From Lachnospiraceae bacterium (GTDB lineage Bacteria; Bacillota; Clostridia; Lachnospirales; Lachnospiraceae): a DNA stretch of 61,695 nucleotides. The stretch covers positions 1 to 61,695 of the forward strand of contig JBJEYC010000052.1 of assembly GCA_051886435.1 (NCBI GenBank). The letters run 5' to 3'. A model generated the notes under the pieces. That model was not told the DNA's origin. It saw only the letters and a program-made list of their open reading frames with translations, and did not search any database. Below are positions 16,705-27,072 of this stretch, one piece after another. Position numbers and translations under genes: made by a program. Positions within the stretch are counted from its first letter, which is position 1. Each line of letters starts with the position of its first letter.

Positions 16705-19113
16705 ATGAACGAAAAAGTAATGAGAATCACCGAATACAACCGAATCCTGGAACTTCTGTCCGAGCATGCAACCTCCGCCCCCGGCAAAGCGATGTGTCTT
16801 TCCCTGACGCCGATGCGGGACCTTGCGGACATCGAAAAAGCCCAGAGCCAGACCGAGGCTGCCCTCTCCTACCTGTTTGCCAACGGGTCGATCAGCTTCG
16901 GAAACACGAAGGACTTCTCCGGAACCACCAGGGCCCTTGCCATCGGGACCACCCTCCCGGTGCAGGACCTTCTGGCCCTTGCTGCCTTTCTGGAGAACAT
17001 CGCCCGCGTCAAGCTCCACACGCCAGAGGACGAGAACAACCCGCTCTTTGACCTCTTTGACTGCCTGTACCCCCTGACGCCCCTCTCCACGGAGATCCGC
17101 CGCTGCATTCTGGCGGAGGACCAGATCGCGGATGACGCCAGCCCGGATCTCAAAAAGATCCGCAGGGACATGGAGAACACGGACAGCCGCATCCACGCCC
17201 AGCTGGGCAAGATGGTGAACTCCACCTTCTCCTCCTACCTGCAGGATACCGTCATCACCATGCGGGACGACCGGTACTGCCTGCCCGTCAAGGCGGAGTA
17301 CAAGGCCCAGGTCAAAGGCATCGTCCATGACTCCTCCTCCACCGGTTCCACGCTGTTCATCGAGCCCGCCTCCATCGTGGAGCTGGGAAACAGCCTGCGG
17401 GAGCTGGCGGTGGCCGAGAAAAAAGAGATCGGCAGGATACTGGCTTCCCTCTCCGCAAAGGCGGCAGAGTCCATCATCGCCATCGAGGATGACCAGAAAA
17501 ACATGACCCAGCTGGACTTCATCTTCGCCAAGGCCTCTCTGGCTCTGGACATGAATGCCACAAGGCCCCTGTTTAACGAAAATCACGTGATCCGGATCCG
17601 CAAGGGCCGGCATCCTCTGATCGACAAAAAGAAGGTGGTCCCGATTGATCTCACCATCGGGGAGAACTACGACATGATCATCATCACCGGCCCCAACACC
17701 GGCGGCAAGACCGTGACCTTAAAGACCATCGGCCTCTTTGAGCTGATGGGCATGGCAGGACTCCACATCCCGGCTGGGGACCGGAGCGAACTGTCGGTGT
17801 TTCGGCAGGTCTTTGCCGATATCGGGGATGAACAGAGCATCGAACAGTCTCTCTCGACCTTCTCCTCCCACATGACCTCCATCGTTCAGATCCTGCGGAA
17901 GGCAGACCGGGACTGCCTGTGTCTGTTCGATGAGCTCGGCAGCGGCACCGACCCGACCGAGGGCGCTGCCCTGGCCATCTCGATTCTGAACTTTCTGCAT
18001 AAGAAGCACATCACAACGCTGGCGACCACCCACTACGCGGAGCTCAAGGTCTTTGCGATGCGCACGAAAGGGATCGTCAACGCCTCCTGCGAGTTTGACG
18101 TGGAGACCCTCCAGCCGACCTACCGGCTTCTGGTGGGCGTGCCCGGAAAGAGCAATGCCTTTGCGATCTCCCAGAAGCTGGGGCTGCCTGAATTCCTGAT
18201 CGACGCCGCAAAGCTCCAGATCAGCCAGGAGTCTCAGAACCTGGAGGATGTGCTCGCCCAGCTCGATGCCGCCCGCGTCGACGCGGAGAAGGCAAGGGAC
18301 GCCGCGGCAAAGCAGAAGGCGGACCTGGACCGGCGGGAGAAGATCCTCAACGACAGAGAAAAGCAGATCGAGGAGAAGCGGCGCAAGATCCTCGACCGGG
18401 CCAATGAAGAGGCCGCGGAGATCCTGCAGGACGCCAAGGAGACCGCGGATCACGCGATCACCGCAGTGCGAAAGAGTGCCAAGGGCGTCGACATCGACGC
18501 AATGGAGCGGGAACGCACCGCCCTTCGGGAGAAAGCAAACAAGAGGACCCGTGCGCTCTCCCCGAAGATCGAGGCCAAAAAGCCAAAGAAACAGCTCAAA
18601 CCCAACCAGCTGCATCTGGGAGACCGGGTCCGCATCGTCTCCCTGAACATGACCGGCACCGTGGAGGCCCTGCCCAATGCCAAGGGCCTGGTCAGCGTGC
18701 GCTGCGGCATCCTGAACTCCAGTGTGCCGCTCTCGGATCTCGCCCTGGTGGACGAGAACACCGGTATGACGCTGGATGGCGGCGAAAAGCGCGGCAGTGC
18801 CTTAAAGCGTGCCTTCTCCGATCCCAACGCCGGGATGGGGGACGGGGAGATGGACTTCTCGCGCAACCTCTCCATCTCGCCTGAATGCAACCTTCTGGGC
18901 ATGACAACGGACGATGCGATCCTGACGCTCGACAAGTATCTGGACGACGCCAGAATGGCGCATCTTGACAGTGTGCGCATTGTGCACGGGAAGGGCACCG
19001 GCGCCCTCCGGAAAGCCGTGCAGGAGTATCTGCGCAAGCAGAAGTGGGTCCGGTCCTACCGGAGCGGAGACTTCGGAGAGGGCGATGCCGGCGTGACCAT
19101 CGTAAATCTTTAA
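16705..19113 (+). CDS. mutS2: Endonuclease MutS2
   Basis: ITGPNTGGKT, EQSLSTFSSHM, DELGSGTDP, coiled coil, C-terminal Smr domain (VHGKGTG). Confidence 0.95.
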   Translation: MNEKVMRITEYNRILELLSEHATSAPGKAMCLSLTPMRDLADIEKAQSQTEAALSYLFANGSISFGNTKDFSGTTRALAIGTTLPVQDLLALAAFLENIARVKLHTPEDENNPLFDLFDCLYPLTPLSTEIRRCILAEDQIADDASPDLKKIRRDMENTDSRIHAQLGKMVNSTFSSYLQDTVITMRDDRYCLPVKAEYKAQVKGIVHDSSSTGSTLFIEPASIVELGNSLRELAVAEKKEIGRILASLSAKAAESIIAIEDDQKNMTQLDFIFAKASLALDMNATRPLFNENHVIRIRKGRHPLIDKKKVVPIDLTIGENYDMIIITGPNTGGKTVTLKTIGLFELMGMAGLHIPAGDRSELSVFRQVFADIGDEQSIEQSLSTFSSHMTSIVQILRKADRDCLCLFDELGSGTDPTEGAALAISILNFLHKKHITTLATTHYAELKVFAMRTKGIVNASCEFDVETLQPTYRLLVGVPGKSNAFAISQKLGLPEFLIDAAKLQISQESQNLEDVLAQLDAARVDAEKARDAAAKQKADLDRREKILNDREKQIEEKRRKILDRANEEAAEILQDAKETADHAITAVRKSAKGVDIDAMERERTALREKANKRTRALSPKIEAKKPKKQLKPNQLHLGDRVRIVSLNMTGTVEALPNAKGLVSVRCGILNSSVPLSDLALVDENTGMTLDGGEKRGSALKRAFSDPNAGMGDGEMDFSRNLSISPECNLLGMTTDDAILTLDKYLDDARMAHLDSVRIVHGKGTGALRKAVQEYLRKQKWVRSYRSGDFGEGDAGVTIVNL

Positions 19114-19125
19114 CAGGGGGAATTC

Positions 19126-19839
19126 ATGGCTGCAAGCAAGCAGAAAATCCTGATCGTCGACGACGATGAGAATATCGCCGAGCTGATCAGTCTGTATCTG
19201 ACAAAGGAATGTTATGACACGAAGACCGTGGGTGACGGGGAGTCTGCCCTGAAAGAACTGGACGCCTACCGGCCGGACCTGATCCTGCTGGACATCATGC
19301 TGCCCGGCATCGACGGATATGAGGTCTGCCGCCGGGTCCGGGCAAAGGGGGCGACCCCGATCATCATGCTCTCCGCCAAGGGCGAGGTGTTCGACAAGGT
19401 CCTGGGGCTGGAACTTGGCGCCGACGACTACATGGAAAAGCCCTTTGACGCCAAGGAGCTGGTGGCCCGGGTCAAGGCGGTGCTTCGGCGCTTCCAGCCC
19501 GCCGGAGAGGAGAAGCCCGCGCCGAAGAAGGATGAGAAGGTCGTCGAGTACCCGGATCTGTCCATCAACCTGACCAACTATGCGGTGATCTACCAGGGAA
19601 AGCGGGTGGTGATGCCCCCGAAGGAGCTGGAGCTTTTGTACTATCTGGCCTCCAACCCGAACCGGGTGTTTGAGAGGGAACAGCTTCTCGATGTCATCTG
19701 GGGCTTCAACTACATTGGGGACACCCGGACTGTGGACGTCCACATCAAGCGGATCCGCCAGAAGATCCACGACAACGAGCACTGGCGGATTGCGACGATC
19801 TGGGGTGTTGGATACAAGTTTGAGGTGACCGAGAGTTAG
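19126..19839 (+). CDS. OmpR-family response regulator
   Basis: REC domain (ILIVDDD, LDIMLP, KPF) and wHTH (RTVDVHIKRIR, WGVGYK). Confidence 0.95.
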   Translation: MAASKQKILIVDDDENIAELISLYLTKECYDTKTVGDGESALKELDAYRPDLILLDIMLPGIDGYEVCRRVRAKGATPIIMLSAKGEVFDKVLGLELGADDYMEKPFDAKELVARVKAVLRRFQPAGEEKPAPKKDEKVVEYPDLSINLTNYAVIYQGKRVVMPPKELELLYYLASNPNRVFEREQLLDVIWGFNYIGDTRTVDVHIKRIRQKIHDNEHWRIATIWGVGYKFEVTES

Positions 19840-19840
19840 G

Positions 19841-21271
19841 ATGCGCAGGACACTGTATCTCAAATTCATCCTGGCCTACGTGCTGTTCGGCATCTTCGGG
19901 TTCATCGTGGTGGCGACCTTTGTCGCAAACATGTTTCTGGACCGGTGCGAGAACACCGAGGCGGACACCCTCTATAAAGAGGCCACGACCATCGCCAACT
20001 CCTATGGCCAGGACCTGTACAACTCCGAGACCTCCATCGACTCGGTCTACCGGCAGCTGGCGGCCCTCTCCTCCTACAACGGCGCTGAGATCTGGATTCT
20101 CAACCCCTCCGGGCGGGTCGTTGTCAAGTCCTCGGAGGAGATCGACACCGGGAGCGAAGTGGTGGTGGATGGATTCAATCCCATGGAGATGGCCGGCAAG
20201 CTCTACACCGTGGGGAACTTCTACGGCAGCTTTGACGAGGACGTGCTGACGGTGCTCGCTCCGATCGCGAGCAGCTACCGGACTTTCGGCTATGTGGTCA
20301 TGCATCTGCCGATGACCGCCATCCAGTCCCAGGCGGACCAGCTTCTGGACATCGCCTACATCGAGCTTGCCATCATCCTGCTGCTGTCCCTGATCATCCT
20401 GATCTTCTTCACCGAGATCGTCTACTTCCCGCTCAAGAAGATCACCCGGGCCACCGAGCAGTACGCCGCCGGCAACATGCGCTACCCGCTCTCCGTGGAG
20501 AGTGAGGACGAGATGGGCTACCTGGCGGCCTCCCTCAGCTACATGGCCTCGGAGATCGCAAATCAGGAGGACGACCAGAAGAAGTTCATCGCGAACGTCT
20601 CCCACGACTTCCGCTCCCCGCTGACCTCGATCCGGGGCTTTCTGGAGGCGATGCTCGATGGGACGATCCCGCCGGAAATGCACGAAAAGTACCTGCGGGT
20701 GGTGCTCAATGAGACCGAGCGGCTGACCAAGCTCACCAACGGCCTTCTGACCCTCAACAGCCTGGGCACCCAGGGGATGCTCCTGAACCGCACCGACTTT
20801 GACATCAACGAGCTGATCCGCGGCGTCGCCGCCACCTTCGAGCAGACATGCCGCAAGCGCCAGATCACGATCGAGCTCGTCCTGATGGGCAGCCAGCTCT
20901 ACGTAAACGCGGACGCCGACCGCATCCAGCAGGTTCTCTACAACCTGGTGGACAACGCAGTGAAGTTCTCCCGCGACGGCAGCAGCGTGCGCATCGAAAC
21001 CACGGAGCGGGGGAGCAAAGTCTACGTCTCCGTCAAGGACTCCGGCATCGGCATCCCGAAGAAGGACCAGAAGCAGATCTTCGAGCGCTTCTACAAGTCC
21101 GACCTCTCCCGCGGAAAGGACAAGAAGGGTACGGGCCTGGGTCTTTCCATCGTACGGGAGATCTTAAAGGCCCACGGCGAAAACATCAACGTGGTCTCCA
21201 CCGAGGGGGTGGGGTCCGAGTTCATCTTTACGCTCAAGCGCTCCGCCCTCAACGACGAGATCGAGGACTAA
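19841..21271 (+). CDS. HAMP-domain sensor histidine kinase
   Basis: Two TMs, HAMP, SHDFRSPLT, NLVDNAVKF, GTGLGL. Confidence 0.95.
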   Translation: MRRTLYLKFILAYVLFGIFGFIVVATFVANMFLDRCENTEADTLYKEATTIANSYGQDLYNSETSIDSVYRQLAALSSYNGAEIWILNPSGRVVVKSSEEIDTGSEVVVDGFNPMEMAGKLYTVGNFYGSFDEDVLTVLAPIASSYRTFGYVVMHLPMTAIQSQADQLLDIAYIELAIILLLSLIILIFFTEIVYFPLKKITRATEQYAAGNMRYPLSVESEDEMGYLAASLSYMASEIANQEDDQKKFIANVSHDFRSPLTSIRGFLEAMLDGTIPPEMHEKYLRVVLNETERLTKLTNGLLTLNSLGTQGMLLNRTDFDINELIRGVAATFEQTCRKRQITIELVLMGSQLYVNADADRIQQVLYNLVDNAVKFSRDGSSVRIETTERGSKVYVSVKDSGIGIPKKDQKQIFERFYKSDLSRGKDKKGTGLGLSIVREILKAHGENINVVSTEGVGSEFIFTLKRSALNDEIED

Positions 21272-21290
21272 GCCAATATCCCGCGAATGC

Positions 21291-21333
21291 AAAAACTTCC
21301 CGGTTCCGGAAATTGCTCCGGAACCGGGAAGTT
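21291..21333. terminator. Bidirectional terminator
   Basis: AAACTTCCCGGTTCCGGA/TCCGGAACCGGGAAGTTT inverted repeat between convergent genes. Confidence 0.8.
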
Positions 21334-21351
21334 TGTCTTTTCGCAATCTGT

Positions 21352-22536
21352 TCAGGCCTTGCTGCCCTCCTGTCCGAGGCGCTGCACAAAATTCCGCAGC
21401 CGCCCGAGGGCCTTCTTCAGGTCGTCGATGGAGTAGGCGTAGGAAATGCGCAGGTACCCCTCGCCGCAGTCGCCAAAGGCCGTGCCGGGCACGATGGCAA
21501 CCTTCTCCTCCTGCAGAAGCCGCACGGAGAATTCCTCGCTGGACATGCCGAACTTCTTGATGCAGGGGAAGACGTAGAAGGCGCCCTCCGGCTCAAAACA
21601 GGGGATGCCCATCTCCGAGAGCGCGTGCAGAACATACCGGCGGCGCTCATCATAGGACTCCCGCATGTGCTGCACGTCCTCATCGCCGTTTCTAAGGGCC
21701 TCCACCGCCGCGTACTGGCTGGTGGTGGGCGCGCACATGATGCAGTACTGGTGGATCTTGGTCATCTGCTGCACGATGGGCTCGGGCCCTGCCACATACC
21801 CCAGGCGCCAGCCTGTCATTGCATAGGCCTTGGAGAAGCCGTTGATCAGGATCGTCCGCTCCTGCATGCCGGGAACCGAGACGATGGAGACGTGGGGATT
21901 GCCGGTGTAGGTCAGCTCCCCGTAGATCTCATCGGAGAGGACGTAGAGGTCGTGCTTTTCGATGATCGGCGCCAGGGCCTCCAGGTCCTTCCTCTCCATC
22001 ACCGCACCCGTGGGGTTATTGGGATAGGGCAGAACCAGGAGCTTGGTCTTTGGCGTGATCGCCGCCTCCAGCTCCTCGGGGGTCAGCTTGAAGCGGTTCT
22101 CCTCCTTCAGGTTGATGATCACCGGAACGCCATCTGCCAGCACGGTGCAGGGCTCATAGGACACGTAGGAGGGCTGGGGAATCAGAACCTCATCTCCCGG
22201 GTTGATCAGCGCACGCATGGCCAGATCGATGCCCTCCGAGCCGCCCACCGTCACCAGGATCTGGTGCAGGTAGTGGTAATCCACCCCCTGGGTGCGCTTC
22301 AGATAGGCCGCGATCTCCATGCGCAGCTCCTTGAGGCCCGCGTTGGAGGTATAGAAGGTTCTCCCCTTCTCCAGGGAATAGATGCCCTCGTCCCGGATGT
22401 GCCAGGGCGTGTCAAAATCCGGCTCGCCCACGCCCAGGGAGATCGCATCCTTCATGTCCGCGACGATGTCGAAGAACCGGCGGATGCCAGAGGGCTTGAG
22501 GCCGACGCACTTCTTGGATAACAGGTCTTCTCTCAT
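21352..22536 (-). CDS. PLP-dependent aminotransferase class I/II
   Basis: GEPDF, PNNPTG, SDEIY, GFSKAYAMTGWRLG. Confidence 0.95.
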   Translation of the reverse strand: MREDLLSKKCVGLKPSGIRRFFDIVADMKDAISLGVGEPDFDTPWHIRDEGIYSLEKGRTFYTSNAGLKELRMEIAAYLKRTQGVDYHYLHQILVTVGGSEGIDLAMRALINPGDEVLIPQPSYVSYEPCTVLADGVPVIINLKEENRFKLTPEELEAAITPKTKLLVLPYPNNPTGAVMERKDLEALAPIIEKHDLYVLSDEIYGELTYTGNPHVSIVSVPGMQERTILINGFSKAYAMTGWRLGYVAGPEPIVQQMTKIHQYCIMCAPTTSQYAAVEALRNGDEDVQHMRESYDERRRYVLHALSEMGIPCFEPEGAFYVFPCIKKFGMSSEEFSVRLLQEEKVAIVPGTAFGDCGEGYLRISYAYSIDDLKKALGRLRNFVQRLGQEGSKA

Positions 22537-23027
22537 GGCGTCACGATCTCCCTTCGATCCTCTTCCTTCTTCGCCATGATGGTGCCGTGGTCCTTGTACT
22601 TCTTGAGGATAAAGTGAGTGGTGGTACCGATGACCGTGTCCAGGGTGGAGAGCTTGCTGGTCACAAAGCTGGCCACATCCTGCAGGGTCTTGCCCTCGAG
22701 GATGACCATCAGGTCGTAGCCGCCGCTCATCAGGTAGACGGTGTTGACCTCCGGGTACTTGTAGATACGCTCTGCGATGTCATCAAAGCCCTTTCCCCGC
22801 TGGGGCGTGACACGCACCTCGATCAGCGCCGTCACCTTCTCCACTCCGGTGCTGTCCCAGTTGATCATGGTATGATAGCCGCAGATGATGCCATCTTCCT
22901 CGAGCTCGGTGAGTGCGTTCTCGATCACCGGCTTCTCGGTTCCCAGCATGATCGCCAGTTCACTGGCATCGATGCGGCTGTTCTTTTCGATGATCGTCAG
23001 AATGCGCTCCTTCAGCGTGTTCATCAT
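22533..23027 (-). CDS. Lrp/AsnC family transcriptional regulator
   Basis: N-terminal HTH; YLMSGGYDL in the RAM domain; coupled to the aminotransferase gene. Confidence 0.9.
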   Translation of the reverse strand: MMNTLKERILTIIEKNSRIDASELAIMLGTEKPVIENALTELEEDGIICGYHTMINWDSTGVEKVTALIEVRVTPQRGKGFDDIAERIYKYPEVNTVYLMSGGYDLMVILEGKTLQDVASFVTSKLSTLDTVIGTTTHFILKKYKDHGTIMAKKEEDRREIVTP

Positions 23028-23066
23028 GGATCTCCTCCTTCTTGTGTACTCTGTTCTCTATTCCAT

Positions 23067-24011
23067 TCACAAAATCCCGGCAAGGGGATCCGGAACCGGC
23101 AGTTCCAGGCTCCGTCTCTCCTCCCCGTTTCGAATGCACTTGTCATGGTTCCCGGTGAGCTGTCCGATCCGCTCCGCCCGGACGCCGGCCTCCTCCAGCT
23201 CCCGCACAAGGCCCGCCCCGTCCCCTGTCACAAACAGGCAAAGGCCAAGACTCTGGGTCTGGTAGGGGTTGATGTCAAAACGGTCGGTGATCTCCACAGT
23301 CTCCTGCAGGATCGGGATCTTCAGAAGGTCCACGTCAAATCCCGTCCCGGTGCGCTCCGAGAGCCGCCAGAGGGCGGCAAAGACGCCGCCTTCCTTGGCC
23401 GCCACCAGAAGCGGGCGGCTTCCCGCCCTCTTACAGGATGCGCGGTAGACCTCCGCCATCCTGCGGCAGGAGAGCTCTTTTCCCATGGCCCTGCCCGCCT
23501 CCACCAGGGAGACCGGAAAGCGGGCAAGAAGCGCTTCTTCCCGCGCCTTCGCAAGCAGACTGGTGCCGGCAAGACAGACCCTGCCCGCTGCCACGATATC
23601 CCCGCCGGGACTGCCGGAAAGGCGTCTTTCCTCCCAGGGGGTTCCGGCGGCCGCCGCCGTGACGATGGGGCGGTTTACCGCCTCTGTCACCTCGGTGTGG
23701 CCCCCAGTAACAAGAACCTCCTCCTCCAGGGCCGCGGCGCGGATTCCCTCCTCCATCTTCCGGAGGGCGTCCTCACTGTATCCCCTGGGCAAAAGGAGCA
23801 CGGTCTGTACTTCCCTGGGGGTCACCGCCCGCTCCCAGAGCGAAGCTGCGGCAAGATGGACCGCGAAGGCGCCGCTCTCTTCTCCTGCCAGGAAAAAGGG
23901 GGCGCAGGCCTGGGCCGTGTGATCCCCGTCCTCCTCCAGCACCCCGTGCAGGATCCGTCGGACCGACCGGTCCAGCACATGGACCCCGGCCTTGCCGGTG
24001 CGCAGCTCCAT
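23067..24011 (-). CDS. AIR synthase-related (PurM/HypE-like) protein
   Basis: GGHTEVT and EGGVFAALW motifs. Confidence 0.75.
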   Translation of the reverse strand: MELRTGKAGVHVLDRSVRRILHGVLEEDGDHTAQACAPFFLAGEESGAFAVHLAAASLWERAVTPREVQTVLLLPRGYSEDALRKMEEGIRAAALEEEVLVTGGHTEVTEAVNRPIVTAAAAGTPWEERRLSGSPGGDIVAAGRVCLAGTSLLAKAREEALLARFPVSLVEAGRAMGKELSCRRMAEVYRASCKRAGSRPLLVAAKEGGVFAALWRLSERTGTGFDVDLLKIPILQETVEITDRFDINPYQTQSLGLCLFVTGDGAGLVRELEEAGVRAERIGQLTGNHDKCIRNGEERRSLELPVPDPLAGIL

Positions 24012-24017
24012 GGCGGC

Positions 24018-24125
24018 TTACATTACGGCGGAGAGCAGAAGCGGGATCACCATCGCCGCGATCAGGACGACGCACAGGATCCCCGCAAAGATGCTTCTTC
24101 TCTTTTTGCTCTGCATTTTTCTCAT
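24018..24125 (-). CDS. Small single-TM membrane protein (35 aa)
   Basis: Manual translation MRKMQSKKRRSIFAGILCVVLIAAMVIPLLLSAVM*; GAGG RBS; stop 6 nt before the next start. Confidence 0.6.
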   Translation of the reverse strand: MRKMQSKKRRSIFAGILCVVLIAAMVIPLLLSAVM

Positions 24126-24277
24126 CGATTTCCTCGCTCTGCCGGCCCCCCTCCGGGAATTCCCCCGGCAATGTCATTCATTATAAGGCGCGCCTGTAGT
24201 CTTTGCAAGGTTCGCGCCCGGTGGTAAAATAAAGGTTCCGGAAGCTTCGGGTTCCGGAATGCAGGAAAGGAATGGAT

Positions 24278-24778
24278 ATGGGACAGCATCTGACAAAGCG
24301 TGACGTGGAGAAGATCGAGCAGGAGATCGAGATGAGGCGGGTAGAACTGCGCCCCAAGCTGACCAAGGCTGTGGCAGAGGCCGCCGCCCAGGGAGACCGC
24401 TCCGAGAACTTCGAGTACTACGCGGCCAAGCGGGAGAACAACCAGAACAATAGCCGGATCCGGTACCTGGAGCGGGTGCTGCGCACGGCGGAGATTGTGG
24501 AGGACACGGCGGCAGATGAGGTCGGCGTGGACAAGGAGGTCCGGGTCTACCTGCCGGACGACGACGAGGAGGACACCTACACCCTGGTCACCCCGATCCG
24601 GGCGGACTCCCTCAACAACATCGTCTCCATCGACTCCCCGATCGGCAAGGCGCTCCTCGGGCACCACGTGGGGGACACGGTGACGGTACAGGCCAACGCC
24701 AAGTACTCCTATCAGCTCAAGATCCTGGAGATCCGGGATTCCTCCAAGGCCGACGGACTGGACATCAACGCATTCTGA
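24278..24778 (+). CDS. greA: Transcription elongation factor GreA/GreB family
   Basis: AAAQGDRSENFEYYAAK and SIDSPIGKALLG. Confidence 0.9.
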   Translation: MGQHLTKRDVEKIEQEIEMRRVELRPKLTKAVAEAAAQGDRSENFEYYAAKRENNQNNSRIRYLERVLRTAEIVEDTAADEVGVDKEVRVYLPDDDEEDTYTLVTPIRADSLNNIVSIDSPIGKALLGHHVGDTVTVQANAKYSYQLKILEIRDSSKADGLDINAF

Positions 24779-24784
24779 AGAACG

Positions 24785-24815
24785 GACAGAGGGGCGCGGC
24801 TCCTCTGTCTTTTTT
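24785..24815 (+). terminator. Intrinsic terminator after greA
   Basis: GACAGAGG/CCTCTGTC stem plus T-run. Confidence 0.7.
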
Positions 24816-24959
24816 CGGCCGTCATCTGGCCATATGAAATTTTCACGTTCTGGTACTTTTTCAATCACCAGTGGAGACTATACTGGAGAACAAGACAGAG
24901 AATTCCCGCAAAGCCTATTGATTTGCTGGGATAATTAGGAAATGTCTGAGGAGGTCAGT

Positions 24960-25580
24960 ATGAGTACAAATACCGCAGCAGCTGCAGGCGGGAGCGTGGT
25001 CCGTTCCCGGGACACCGTCCGGAAACTGGTCTTTGCCGGCGTCTTTGCCGCCATCACCTACGTGGTCTTCACGTTTCTCTCCATCCGCATCCCGACCCCC
25101 GGCTCCGGGCAGGTCTCCGTTCACCTGGGCAATGCCTTCGTGGTCCTGGGTGCGCTGCTTCTGGGAAGCTTTTACGGCGGCATCGGCGGGGCCATCGGTC
25201 TGACGATCGCCGACCTGATTGATCCCGTCTACATCGTAGAAGCCCCGATCACCTTCGTGATCAAGTTTCTGATCGGCCTGATCGTCGGCGTGATTGCCCA
25301 CAAGGCCGGCCACATCTCCACCGAGACGAGCCATGGGAAGGTCTTCCGCTGGGCGCTGCTTGCCTCCGCCGCGGGCCTTGCCTTCAACGCGATTTTCGAC
25401 CCGCTCCTGCGCTACTTCTACAAGATCCTGATCCTGGGAAAGCCGGCGGCTGAGGTGTCCCTCGCGATCAACTTCGCCGTGACCCTGCTCAACTCCGTCG
25501 TCTCCCTCGTGGTGGTGATGATCCTGTACATGGCCCTGCGGGCACCGCTGAAAAAACTGGGCCTGTGGTTCACGTTTTAA
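24960..25580 (+). CDS. ECF transporter S component
   Basis: Hydrophobic, about 6 TMs; VHLGNAFVVLGALLLG, GLTIADL. Confidence 0.85.
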   Translation: MSTNTAAAAGGSVVRSRDTVRKLVFAGVFAAITYVVFTFLSIRIPTPGSGQVSVHLGNAFVVLGALLLGSFYGGIGGAIGLTIADLIDPVYIVEAPITFVIKFLIGLIVGVIAHKAGHISTETSHGKVFRWALLASAAGLAFNAIFDPLLRYFYKILILGKPAAEVSLAINFAVTLLNSVVSLVVVMILYMALRAPLKKLGLWFTF

Positions 25581-25600
25581 TCTGCTTCCGCTCCTGTGAT

Positions 25601-25644
25601 AAAAAAGAAGATCCGGTGTCCCGCTGGGACACCGGATCTTTTTT
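25601..25644. terminator. Bidirectional terminator
   Basis: AAGATCCGGTGTCCC/GGGACACCGGATCTT flanked by A- and T-runs. Confidence 0.8.
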
Positions 25645-25662
25645 GCTATGCCGTGTTACCGC

Positions 25663-27039
25663 TTACTGCTCTTGCTTCTCCGCGCTCTTTTTGCGGTTCT
25701 CCTCGTTCGCCTTCCGCACCATCGGCATCTGCTTCTCCAGCTTGAAGAAGTGCAGGAGAATCAGGACACCGACGTACATGACTGCCGGGATCAGGCTGTA
25801 GAGCAAGCGGATCATCGAGACTGCCGAGGCGGGCTGCACTGCAAGGCTCCCGTCATATCCCGCTATGCCGATCAGAATGCCCATCACCGCGCTGCCAAGG
25901 CCCGAGCCGACCTTTGTCGCAAAGCCGTTCAGGGCACTGAGTGATCCCTCCAGCCGCTTCATGCCGACGTACTCGTTGTAGTCCGCGCAGTCGATGATGA
26001 GCAGGCCCACCAGCATGGAGAGCGGAACGGAGCCGCCGCCCGTCAGGATGGAGCCGAGCATCAGGAGCATCATGTTGGAACCGGCAAAAAAGTTCACGAT
26101 GTAGCCGGCGATGAGCACCAGCACGCCTCCCTGCATGACCCGGATCACCGAGGTCTTCTTGAGGATCGCGGGCAGGATGAACATCATGGGCAGGGTGACG
26201 ACCTGAGCGAGGGCGGTCACGCCCATCAGGCCCACGTTGCCGACGATATCGGTGAAGTAGTAGACGCCGACGCCCATGTTGGTGATCAGGTTGAAGACCA
26301 GGTTGATGATGGCGATGATGAAAATGTAGGGATCCTTCTTCAGCATCTGGAAAACGTCCCTGAGGACGAGCTTCTCCTCCTTGCGCTCCACATCCACGTC
26401 GTGGGTCTCCCGGACGACAAAGAAGCGCATCATGCCGAGCACCGTCAGCGGCACCGCGAACAGCAGCACCAGCCGGCTCCAGCCCGCGGGGGAGGTGGCA
26501 ATGCTGCCCATCAGCGTCGGGAACACCACGTTGAAGGCGAACACAAAGATGATCGGGATCAGGCCGCCGTAGGTGGAGAGCGCCACATAGGCCTCCTGGT
26601 TGTCAAAAGCGCGGACCATGTACACGGTGCCGTTGGCGTTCAGGAAAGTGTAGAACACCGAGTTGGCAAGGCCGTACATGCACAGAATCCACACCGACTT
26701 CATCACAACCGAGAAGGACGCCGGCGTCGAGAACAACAGCCATGTGGAGATCCACATGCCCACGACGCACCACTCGTAGGGGCGTCCCTTTCCCCATCTC
26801 GTGTTCGTCCGGTCCACGATGTAGCCGGCAAACAGATCCGTGACGCCGTCCAGGAGCTTGCTCACCAAAAGCAACGTTCCCACCAGCACCGGACTCATCT
26901 GCATGGTGTTGGTCGCGTAGATCGTGAGATACCCCAGGATCATCGTGGCGATGCCAGTGCTCGCGCTCCTGCTGCCCCAGGCAAAGAGCTTTCCAAACCC
27001 AACCGGCGGTTTCTTTCTCTCCCGTTTTGCTGTTTTCAT
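25663..27039 (-). CDS. MFS transporter, glycoside-pentoside-hexuronide (MelB-like) family
   Basis: DGVTDLFAGYIVDRTNTRWGKGRPY, DCADYNEY, about 12 TMs. Confidence 0.9.
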   Translation of the reverse strand: MKTAKRERKKPPVGFGKLFAWGSRSASTGIATMILGYLTIYATNTMQMSPVLVGTLLLVSKLLDGVTDLFAGYIVDRTNTRWGKGRPYEWCVVGMWISTWLLFSTPASFSVVMKSVWILCMYGLANSVFYTFLNANGTVYMVRAFDNQEAYVALSTYGGLIPIIFVFAFNVVFPTLMGSIATSPAGWSRLVLLFAVPLTVLGMMRFFVVRETHDVDVERKEEKLVLRDVFQMLKKDPYIFIIAIINLVFNLITNMGVGVYYFTDIVGNVGLMGVTALAQVVTLPMMFILPAILKKTSVIRVMQGGVLVLIAGYIVNFFAGSNMMLLMLGSILTGGGSVPLSMLVGLLIIDCADYNEYVGMKRLEGSLSALNGFATKVGSGLGSAVMGILIGIAGYDGSLAVQPASAVSMIRLLYSLIPAVMYVGVLILLHFFKLEKQMPMVRKANEENRKKSAEKQEQ

Positions 27040-27072
27040 GGATATCGATTCCCCTTTCCCCATTGATCTTGT

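Noticed and set aside
16624-17613. N-terminal 330 aa of the 806 aa ORF and the upstream extension of the 936 aa ORF
   Set aside because: These are antisense shadows of mutS2 and the HtrA-like gene; the true starts are about 16623 and 16705.
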